Assembly: GCA_023920165.1 (NCBI GenBank)
Contig: CP089279.1
Location: 2,976,001-3,016,469, forward strand
Origin: Curvularia clavata
Taxonomy: Eukaryota
Direction of reading: 5' to 3'
DNA: 40,469 nucleotides
Below the pieces are notes generated by a model. It did no database searches. It was not told the origin of the DNA and saw nothing but the letters and a program-made list of their open reading frames with translations. Position numbers and translations under genes: made by a program. Positions 26,799 to 36,916 of this stretch are shown piece after piece (position 1 is the stretch's first letter; each line of letters starts with the position of its first letter).

Positions 26799-28078
26799 GT
26801 AAATACACAATGAGTCTACATATACGAACACTTACTCTGCATGCAGTGTGTTAGGACTAGGAAGCATTGCGCAGATCATGTTGTAGATCCTACTCTCTAG
26901 CTATAGACCTAGGTGCAACAAAGTCTGTTTTGTCTGACCTTGCTCTATGTACTTGCCTGTTCTGATTATGTTAGCTGATAGCAGGTATCAATCTATGCAC
27001 TGGAAACAAATATAAGTATATCAGTGTATGAATTCATCGACGAAACTCGACACTACTCAGTCAAACAACGTAGTGCTTGGTCACTGATGGGTTAGTCATT
27101 GTAGAAAGCCCAATGTGAGAGCAACCTCATACATCTGCATGAACAATACTTGCCGCGGCAGACCGAGCCGAGAACGTCCATCCAGACGAAGCGATATCAA
27201 CGTTCGGACCTGTAGATTCTGTTCGCAGATCTAAATCCCCTTAAGCAAGGCATCCCCTGCGAAAGTTCTTGATCGTCCTTGTATGGGAGCCAATGCACAC
27301 TTCTAAGGCAATTTAATAAGCCATTTAAACATCACCAAAACGCGTTGGAAGGGATTAAGAATATTCTCTGTGACCTACATGATATTCAGATAATCAGGAG
27401 TGTATTCAGTGTAGGATCGAAGCACAAGACCCTGCGATTAGGATCAGGCTCTGTTCGTGCTACTCGTAGTAGATGGTCCAAAGTAAATGCATTTAATCTT
27501 TGCATCGAGGCGATATCATGCACAAAGGAACTTACGACGAGTCTCAGTCCATGAAACGTGGCTGACCGTACGGTTCGATGAAGCAGTTTGATAGCTGTAG
27601 AAGGCTACGAGTTCGAAGGTTCCGCAGCTTTCCTTTTATTCTCCACATCGATTGCGCACGTGCGATACACATGCGTTCATCACCAAGGTTGTCCATTTCC
27701 AAGCTGACGGCTGTGTCAGGAGTATCCCCCTGAGAGTGCCTGTTGAACAACTCCCCTACTTTAATTGATCCAATGCCTAGCGCAGCGCTTCGATAGTTGA
27801 GCGTGTGCAGCGTCACCTCTAGCCTGTTCTCTGTTTTGCGCTCGAGCACGCCGTGAGCCGGCTCGTATCCTACACATCTTGCGCATCGTGCTAAACTTAG
27901 TTGCTATAGCTGATCCCAAATACTATCTGTATATATTCTTAGAACCCGTCATGTACCTTTTCCGGACTTGCCAACAACGTTGGCTTTCTTCCATTGCTTA
28001 ATTGTACCGTCCTTCAGCTGACAGCATGTGGTCGTCTTGATTCGTTAGTCAGCGTACGCGCCGTGGCCTCTATATCCG

Positions 28079-28287
28079 CCTTCCCAGACCATACTAGCGA
28101 TAATGTCGCCCTGGTCATATCAAGAGGTATCCTGGCCGACCTCCTTGAGTGTGCCGACGAAATCGCAGCCTAGAACGGCGCCGTCTCCAAAGGCAGGTAG
28201 AGGGAGTTCGACTGCTTTGAGGGCAAACTCGGAGCTACTGCCTCCACGTTGGACTTGAGCATAGGGTTGTAGTTACTTTCATGTCAT
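28079..28287 (-). pseudogene. Fragment of a zinc-binding oxidoreductase / trans-enoyl reductase-like gene
   Basis: Minus-strand translation AFGDGAVLGCDFVGTLKEVGQDTS*YDQGDIIASMVW matches the GCDFxGxVxxxG..GD motif. The rest is not reconstructable. Confidence 0.55.
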
Positions 28288-28861
28288 GAATGCTCATGTT
28301 GTTAATTTATGTGTTTGTGAGAGAAACTTGCTATCAAAGGCTTCTTCTGCATATCTATGAAAAGCAGAGCTTATGTGACTGGACATGCAACCACACCTTG
28401 TAAGCTTAATTCCAATGTTGTTGGCCGTTGGCCGTTGGCCGTTGGAGGTGGGACTTTGCTCCAACGGTTTACAAATAGTGCAGCTGACTAGAGCCTCAAT
28501 ACCGCTTTCGGCATGCTGAGGGAGAGCGCCCTGTACTCGACCCTTACACTGTGTTGGACGTGGCTGTCGATCGCAATGATGGTTGAGACACGCGTGCGGT
28601 GAGGAACCGCCTATCGCAGCGTTGAGAATCCGACTACAACGACGTCATGATTGTACTTGTAACTGCAAAGATTTTCTAAATTGCTGCTGACAACGAAGAA
28701 GCGAGTTTTTCTCACAGGTCTGCGTGTTGAAGATTCTGCGATTGATGTCGTTCTTCAATTGAGTGCGGTACTTCTCATGGGAGAAGGCGAGTGAAGTGGG
28801 ACCCTTCTAGTTGACGCGTTGCGTACCTGCCTCCTCGACACCCTCAGCTCCCTCACAGTAC

Positions 28862-30135
28862 TCAGATCTGACTTCTCGAACGAATCCTGACATAGAAATC
28901 GCTCTGTTTGACAAACCACGCATTATGCAGCGTCCATTCCCTGTCCGGGTACGCCAATTCGATCTGTCGCAGACATCAGCAAGGACTACATCTACCACAA
29001 GAAGACGCCCACATCGAAGCTACGCAATACTGCAGGAACCAGCTTATACATCTCCAAATAGCTGACGTTCTTTCCAATGTAGGTGCGCGAGCCAGCCCCA
29101 AAGGTAAACAGGCTGTTTTTCATCTTGGCCTGATTTTCCTCGCTAGCTTCAAGCCACCTTTCAGGTCTCCACTCCCGTGCGTCCTGACCCCAGAGATCTT
29201 GGTCAAGATGCAAAGTCCAGGCGCTGCAGCCAATGTTAGTACCGCCGGGTATGAATACGTCATCAAGCTTAATGCCCTCAGCTGGGGCGATACGTTCTAG
29301 AGGCAGACCTGCGGCAGGGTGGGTCCTCAACGACTGATTGATAACCGCACTAAGGTACGGCAGCTCTCGCACATCACTGCACGCTACCAGTGCGTTACCA
29401 GTTCCAGTCCGGACTGTCGAATCAAGTTCCTCGAACTCTGCGCATAGCTTTGTGAGCTTTTCTGGGTTTCTGATCAAGTTGTAAAAGATCGCTCGGAGTC
29501 TGGGCAGGGATGAGCAAGGACTCTGTCAGTCAATGACAACACCTACGATATAGCAGTAGTATCAGAGCCCTGTAGTTCAATTCAGATGGGCGCGAGTACT
29601 TTGCAGTAAACTAACCGCGAACATGTTAGCTACTGTGAGTGCAAAGATATGTTCTTGACTCATGAAGTCTGGGTCTTTCTGGTGCGTCTCTTGGAATCTC
29701 GAGAGAAAGACATGGCGTGATTGCCTCTGAGCTAGCATTTCCTTCTCGACTTCCCTCGTATCACGTTCCTGTATAAGTTTACTGGCAAACACGACTACCG
29801 GTGTGCTTGGTATGAAACCACGTGCACTCAGCCAGCAACGTATAGGATTCCTCACGAGCAGTCGATCAAGATAAGGGACCTGCCCAATCTAGCGACGCTG
29901 TTAGCACACACATCTATGGGCTTGGACTATACTGACTACTGCAGGATAGCTCAAAAGTCATTCGAGACTCGATATGACGTTTTCAACGTCTTGGCCGCGA
30001 TCTACAAAACCCATCCGCTTAGAGTAAGTCAGCTCACAGATGACATCAAAGGCTGAGTACTGAAGCTATGCGCCAAAATCGATGACACTACGCTCGCCCC
30101 TTTTGTTGGCGTATCGCTGAGTCAATTGCTTCACT
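28862..30135 (-). pseudogene. Cytochrome P450 pseudogene, 5'-truncated
   Basis: AFDVI.ELT, I-helix ANMFA|GSDTT, PERW, heme loop FGAGSRTYIG (Cys replaced by Tyr, codon 29079-29081), C-terminus WFVKQ. Stops at 30066 and 29958 fall at likely Trp sites. N-terminal third replaced by repeat DNA. Confidence 0.88.
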
Positions 30136-30194
30136 TACTATAGTAGCAGCTATACTATAGTCTCTTGATAAGTCTAGGAAATAGCACTAGCGCT

Positions 30195-30495
30195 TGTTAG
30201 ATAGCTTCCTCTGTTGACCAAGATTAGATAGATTGCGTCATTACAGGTTTAAGTTTAGCTAACTCTTGGGTTGCAGCTCTAGTAACTAGCTTCCCCGCTA
30301 TTTCGTTATCACAACTCGCAATTTGGGACCTATCTAGCAAATCAGACGTCACTTTGTCTAGACTAAAACTGTATAATACAGTGGCGCGACAGCGCTGCAG
30401 TGTCGCTTAAGGAATGCCTCAACAGCGACTCGCTGGTGGGTCACTGGCACGTAGTATAAGACGACTACCAGGGAATACCCTTCCTAACTGTTACA
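30195..30495 (-). mobile_element. Putative LTR (TGT...ACA), minus orientation, abutting the truncated P450
   Basis: About 300 bp bounded by TGTTAG and GTTACA. No TSD and a single copy in the window. Confidence 0.45.
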
Positions 30496-30701
30496 CTATG
30501 TTGGGCTATACTTCTCTAATGCTTAATCTAGATCAGAGCAAGTTATCAAGTTAATAGTAAGTAGTGTGATTGCCAAACAGTTCCACTAGAAAACAGTTAT
30601 AAGAATTTAAATAATAGTAGAGATATTCATTTCTATGTAAGATAGAATAATAAAGTAGTAACTAAATTCAGTAAGTGATAAACTTGTAAAAAAGTGTTAT
30701 A

Positions 30702-30733
30702 TACAGTGGGGTGACACGAAAAAAGATCACAAG
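30702..30733 (+). mobile_element. Possible Tc1/mariner (impala-like) terminal inverted repeat end
   Basis: TA followed by CAGTGGGGTG, interrupted immediately by the LTR at 30734. No partner end seen. Confidence 0.35.
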
Positions 30734-32049
30734 TGTCAGGACCTGGTCCAAATTGGGACATGTTGGTCCAATTCCCTCCTTCTTCACGCTAGTTAGTTAG
30801 CTAGGGCTTACCTAAGGCTATAAAGCCTCCACGATCGCTAGAGGTGCTCGATAGCGATTCGTCTCGTGAATATATGGCTGTTAAAGTATAGTTCTCTCTT
30901 ATCTATCTCGTGCTGTACTTTCACGCTACTAACAGTCTAATATTCGAATCGCTCTCCTTAAGTACACCTACGAGATGTTAGAGAGAGCTATGCCGAATCT
31001 AGGTAGTTGCCAAACTTGGAGCCGCCCAAAGTTAACTCGAAATATGGTAGTAGGGGACTTATAGCCTACTCTAACTAGAGACTTAATCTAGCTATCTTTA
31101 AGTAAACTATCCGAGCCTGCCGTTACGGAGGCAGATTAGGCTGGACTGGTATAGAGAAGCTTAATTTAGGGCAGCCCAGCTCGACTTGAACTACCTCAGA
31201 CTACTATTGCTTAATAGCTAGACGAACTGCGCGCTTGGAGGTAACGAGCGCTTAATGAGTAAGAACTGAAACGTCTCTAGGAAATTAAGCGTTAGTTTGA
31301 CTAAGGTGACACAACAGTACTGACAGAGGATCTATATGAACTACACTATATAGTGGGGATACAACTAGAACTAAACGTGGGAGCTCTACGACTAGAAAAA
31401 CTAATATAGTTTATAAACCGCGATTGTGTTGAGTATAATTGCTAGAAACGCAAATATAAAGCAATATTTAGGAGAAGCCCTAAAACGTTCTAAATAGAGG
31501 TAGTTAAGATTAATTTTAGACTTAGGTATATTACTGACCTCCTACGCTCTATATAGGACGCCTATTATTACGACTACTATAGAAAAGATACAAATTGGAT
31601 ACCTATATGGCTAGACCTGAAGACTATAATAGTGGATTTACTAGAACTACTAGAATAATAGAAGCTTAAAGCCTACTAAGCTCTTAAATATATTAGATAG
31701 GACTAGTCTTAGGACCTAAACGACCTATTAGCCAAATTAGATATACTTTAGTCTGAATTAGATAATTCCTACTTAGAAGAGTAGAGAGTAAAAGACTTTA
31801 TAGGCGCTTTAATAATAATAATATAGAAAGAGTTGCTTTTACTTAAACTAGATTAAAGAAGTATAATCTTAGACCTAAACGCGCGAGCGCGACTTATCTA
31901 GAATAGAATAAAAAGAGAGAAGCCTAGTAGCGCTAAAATAACGCAGAATAAGTAAGCTAAGAGCGGTATACTACCAAAGAATATAAGAAAGTATAAAAAA
32001 ACTCTAAAAAAATAAAGACAGAACTCTACAGATATAAAAGATTTATACA
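30734..32049 (+). mobile_element. RIP-mutated LTR retrotransposon 5' part (209-bp LTR 30734-30942 plus degenerate gag-like region, probably Ty3/Gypsy)
   Basis: LTR is near-identical to 32705-32913. It is followed by a stop-riddled TpA-rich gag-like sequence. Superfamily assignment is tentative. Confidence 0.65.
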
Positions 32050-32564
32050 TGTAAGAAAGTTGTAGGTAGGTAAATAGGATAACTTTCTTAATTAACTAAA
32101 ATAGCTTATTAAGAGGTGAGAAATAGATATAAAATATCTAGTAAGTGGTCAAAATGTAGGTAATAAGTAGATATATTGGAGCTAGGTTCTCAAATAACTA
32201 TAGACAGTCAGCGTCTTTTATAGACAACTAACGGAGATAGGCGCTGCGTCTATTTCCTATCTTGATTTCAAATCAACTACTAGACTAAAGTATAATTAGA
32301 TTAGTTTTTTATCTTTTTTATGATTTATAAGATTTTATTTTAGACTAAAATCTTTATAATCTAGCTTGCTAAGCAAGCTAGAGCTAAAATATAGAATAAT
32401 GACGTCTTATATCTAGATAAGAAAGCGGAGAAATACTTAAAATACTCGGCAGTTAATAGCTACATCAAATGTAGAGCTACAAGAACAAAAACAACTAATT
32501 TGAATAGCTAATCTTTTATAGAATAATACTAAAATATAATATAATAATTATATTATAATTTACA
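32050..32564 (-). repeat. Putative 3' LTR of the Copia element
   Basis: A minus-strand polypurine tract AAGGGAG (32567-32573) directly precedes TGTAAA. The other end is TGTAAG at 32050 on +, giving TGTAA...TTACA termini. Confidence 0.55.
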
Positions 32565-32704
32565 CACTCCCTTAATTATTATATTATTATAATCTTATCA
32601 TTTAGCTTAATATACTAATGGTAAGTAATATAATTATATATCTAATAAGCTTAATATTCTTAATTAGATATTTTCATTAGACTAAATTTGCTTTTAGATA
32701 ATAG

Positions 32705-32913
32705 TGTCAGGACCTGGTCCAAATTGGGACATGTTGGTCCAATTCCCTCCTTCTTCACGCTAGTTAGTCAGCTAGGGCTTACCTAAGGCTATAAAGCCTC
32801 CACGATCGCTAGAGGTGCTCGATAGCGATTCGTCTCGTGAATACATGGCTGTTAAAGCATAGTTCTCTCTCATCTATCTCGTGCTGTACCTTCACGCCAC
32901 TAACAGTCTAACA
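32705..32913 (+). mobile_element. Solo LTR (209 bp) with 5-bp target-site duplication AATAG
   Basis: TG...CA ends, AATAG at 32700-32704 and 32914-32918, same family as 30734-30942. Confidence 0.9.
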
Positions 32914-33096
32914 AATAGCTTAATATACTAAATATCTAATTTTCAAAATAGTCTATTTATACTTTTATAATCGTAGCGATTATAAATAGTAATATTGTCT
33001 ATATAGCTATAATAGCTAATATAGGTCTAAATTATATTAGTTGTTGTAACTAATACTTAGCGCATTTAGGGGTTGAAAACCTAAATACGAATATAT

Positions 33097-33127
<31 letters not shown>

Positions 33128-33136
33128 AATATAGAT

Positions 33137-34938
33137 CTAGTTTATATTTACTAGATGCAGTCTAGTATTAAAGCTATTTAGCTTTTCTATACTAGTTGGT
33201 TTAGTTAATATATCTGCTAGTATTGTTTTAGTATTTTCATATACTAAATTAATATTATTTTCTTGTAGATTTTCTCTTACAAAATGGTAAGTTATATCTA
33301 CATGTTTTGTTCTAGCGTGATATATTGGATTTTTAGCTAATTCTATAGCGCTCTGGCTATCTGTTTTTATAATATTTGTAATATTAAATATATTACTAAT
33401 ATCTTGTATAGAATTATAGCTAAATAGTTCTTTAAGAAAGTTATTCAAATATAGACTTTCTTTAGTTGCTTCTTTTAAAGCTATATATTCAGCTTCAGCG
33501 CTTGAAATAGCTACTACTTTCTGAAGCTTTGAAATCCAGCTTATAGCTATATTTTTATTTTGCCAGTTATTTAAATTATTTTGCAAAATAAATAAATTTC
33601 CACTAGTGGATTTTCTAGTGTCTAAATCACCCCCCCAATCTGAATCACTAATTCCAATAAGATTGATTGTTTTATTTATATATTTTTGAGATTCAGTTTG
33701 TAGAGTAAGATTTAATCCATAGTTTTTAGTTTTTAATAAATAGCTAAATATATTATTTAGATATTTATAGTGCTCTAAGCTAGGATTACTCATATATCTA
33801 GCTAAATAATTAACACTAAATGCTAAATCCGGCCGAGTAAATATAGTTAAATATATTAAACTGCCGATTTCTTTTTGGAAATCTTTAGTTAATTTAGTAT
33901 TAATTTCTTCTTGGTTTTTAGCTAGTTTACTACCTATAGCTATAGGTATATCTTTTGGCTTATTTAGTAGCTTATTATACTTAAACAGTATTTTATTTAT
34001 AAAGCTACGCTGAGTAATTACAATAGATTTCTTAGATCTATCTCTTATAATTTCTACACCAAGAAATTCTCTAATTTCTCCCAAATTAGTTATTTCTAAT
34101 TTAGATATATCAGAAATTTCTTTATATAAATCGTCTATTAGATATTTAGTTTTTGCAAAAACTAGAATATCATCGACGTGTGTAGCTAAAATAACTGCTT
34201 TTTTATTATGGATATAAATACTATTGTCTATTTTTAGTGGAGTAAAATCTAGCTGTTTTAGTATATTTGCTAGAAATAATTGCCACTGTCTAGACGCTTG
34301 TTTTAATCCATATAGTGCTTTATTTAGTCTACAAACTATATTATCATAGTTTTTGGTAGCTATTATATTTTGAATATATTCAATTAAAGCTTTGTCTGTT
34401 ATAGTTTTTAAAGCTTGATGTAATATATATTCTTCTAATCCAATTGGTAGTTGGACTAGTGTATTTTTATTATCTAATTCTGCATTGGGAAAAGCTTGTT
34501 TTACATCCCAAGTATAAATTTCCCAATCTAAATAGCAGAATATAGATAATAATAGTCTAATAATACTAGGCTTACTAGTAGAAGCAAAGGTTTCTTTATA
34601 ATTTATATTATATTGTTGTAAAAATCCTTTTGCTACCCATCTAGCTTTATATTTTTTAATAGTATTATCAAGATTTAGCTTTTTATTTAAAACCCAGCGG
34701 CCTTTTATCATATTATTTTTAGTAGCTGGCTTTTGTATTAAATCCCATGTATTAGATTTAATTAAATTGTCTATTTCTAGCTTCATAGCTTCTAGATATA
34801 GATTTTTATCAGATCTAGTTAATACTTCTTTATAGCTTTTTGGCTCAACTAAGCTAGTATTTATAGAAGTATTTAATATATTATATAATATAGAGTTATT
34901 ATATAGACTTTTCCAATCAGCTCTAGATTTGATATTAT
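33137..34938 (-). mobile_element. Ty1/Copia pol fragment: reverse transcriptase (RVT_2) plus RNase H, reading frame open
   Basis: EPKSYKE, KGRWV, KARWVAKGF.Q, DVKQAF, RLNKALYGLKQASRQW, HVDD, RPDLAF, SDSDWGGD..TRKSTSG, SSAEAEY, HARTKHVDI.YHFVRE, ADILTKP. Gag, protease and integrase are absent. Confidence 0.95.
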
Positions 34939-34950
34939 TAGACTGGTAAA

Positions 34951-35235
34951 TGGGCTGGGGCAGGGCTGGGGCAGGGCTGCTAAGAGTTGGGTAGGGGTAG
35001 GGCTGGGTCAGATGACTAAGCAACCCAGCCCTGCCCCTACCCAACTCTTGGCTAACCCAGCCCTACCCCAGCCCGCTTATTAAGCAACCCAGCCCTGCCC
35101 CTACCCAACTCTTGGCATTTAAGTTGGGTAGGGGCAGGGCTGAGTCAGTCAAGAGTTAGGTAGGGGCAGGGCTGGGTTGCTTAATAAGCGGGCTGGGGTA
35201 GGGCTAGGTTGCTTAGTACTAGGTTATGCTGGGTC
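34951..35235. repeat. G-rich subterminal repeats in alternating orientation (AAGAGTTGGGTAGGGGCAGGGCTGGGT unit)
   Basis: Inverted pairs about 34982-35008/35023-35049 and about 35055-35114/35150-35210. Each unit has four G-tracts. Confidence 0.9.
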
Positions 35236-35423
35236 TTAGTTATTAGATATATATATACTCCGTATATATCAAAGACTTATCACGCATAATTATCACAGTA
35301 GTAAATTAAAAATTAAGAACTTATAAAACTTTCATTTAACTTCTAGCATATAGCTAGTTCTCAATTATAGCTATCCCTCAATCATAAAAGCCATCAGTAC
35401 TTGATACTCCATCATAAAAGCCC

Positions 35424-36392
35424 TCAGTACTTAATACCACCCATACCAAGCCTATTAAGATAGTGCTTAACAAGATCCCCATCCTTCTTCTAAATAGTAA
35501 CTCTCTTAGCATAGATAGCGTTCATATTACAGTCTAGATCCGTTAGCAGCTATAATTAATATCTGTAATAATATAACATACCCTCAAGAAATCCAACCAA
35601 AAAATACTCAGCAGCCTCTTAAAGACCTTCCAACGCCTCTCTCTAGATACATAGAGGGTGTTGCGGATATACGTCTCCCATAATCTCCCTAACAAGTTTT
35701 ACAAATCGAGTCCTTAGAATAAGCAGATCAGTAGACTTCTAGAATCTTTTAATCTCTTTTAGTACAACAGCTAGTAATTATTAGTCGCTTACTGTAATAA
35801 ATAACTATAATAAACTTACTACCAGACTTAAACCTACGCCTCTTAGAGGCGCCAGACGTAGATAGTTGAGCACCAGGCGGTGCAGGAGGGCCGGACTCGT
35901 CTTCCTCGCTGCTTTCCGACTCTTAATCCTCATTATCGGGCTTAGGCGTGGGCGGCCTATAATTAACTGGCTGCTTACGAGCGGTTTTGCCACCTACACC
36001 ATAGAACATAGTGCCAGTCCTACTATTAGTTAGCTATTACTTGTAATAAATTACCGTGATAAACGTACGCAAAAGATACAAGATAGCCACTAGTCAAGAT
36101 ACGGGGCGGAGAGGGATAATCGTAAGTAGTAGTCCTAGCATTTATTAGCCATTTCCTATAATAAATTACTATAATAAACTTACGGATTTAGTTGGCCACC
36201 TTCGGCAGAAAAAGTAGGATTGCCAGTCATCTAAGCTCCCAAAACCTCAAATTCGTCTTCAAGAGCTTCTAATTCGCGAGGTGACAGCAGCTAAGACACC
36301 TGTCTTTCAGGCGACGGGAGCACATTTAACCGTTCTACCATCTCCTCAAACGACTCATCGTCTAGCCCCCCCACCTCGTCTACTGCTAACAT
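35424..36392 (-). pseudogene. Histone H3-like gene with long N-terminal extension, RIP-inactivated in this copy
   Basis: Five exons (introns 36135-36183, 36023-36068, 35771-35819, 35534-35581) splice to 777 nt without frameshift: ART...GGKTARKQP...KRRRFKSGTVVLKEIKRF*KSTDLLILRTRFVKLVREIMGDVYPQHPLCI*REALEGL*EAAEYFLVGFLEDCNMNAIYAKRVTI*KKDGDLV. The four histone-fold stops lie at Gln positions of fungal H3. Confidence 0.9.
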
Positions 36393-36916
36393 AGTACGTG
36401 ATAAATCTCTGTAATAACTAGTAGGGTTGAGTTGAGAAATTTGGCGTTAGGCTAGGAAAGTTAGATTTAGATTAAGAGAATTGGTGGACAAATACTTAGC
36501 TATAGAGTAGTTAAGAATTTTAGGGATATATAAGTAGGTAAAGATAAAGGTAAAGGTGAGTGCACAGATCACCCAGAGTCTTGCTAAAGGTCTGCGAGAT
36601 AGTTAGCAAGAAATCGCCATAACTCAACGAAGCAGTAATTAAATACTATAATAACTAGCTCATTAGATAGAGCTACTCCAGGGCTTTCAAATAAGACTAA
36701 AATCAAAGCACTCCAACTTTTATTATCCAAGATATTGGCTATATGAAAGATGTTGTTCGCTAGCCCAACGCTAGCGCGAAATCCAGAGCGCACGGACCCC
36801 TAATTACCTTAATAGATAGACTATCACCAAACTTCCTACTCTCTCTTAGCAACCATCCCCCCCCTCCCTACCCCCACCATACTAGACGTTATATCAGTAC
36901 TTTATCACAGTCAACA

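Noticed and set aside
28420..28445. (GTTGGCC)n short tandem repeat
   Set aside because: It has only about 3.5 units and no supporting context.
30734..32913. A complete short non-autonomous LTR element (TRIM-like) bounded by the two 209-bp repeats
   Set aside because: The outer flanks (ACAAG / AATAG) do not match, while the second LTR has its own AATAG TSD.
33090..33132. (AT)n-rich run
   Set aside because: Ordinary low-complexity sequence in the Copia 3' region.
34939..35044. Pro-rich N-terminus of the 635-aa Copia ORF
   Set aside because: It is read-through from the G-rich hAT subterminal repeats, not Copia protein.
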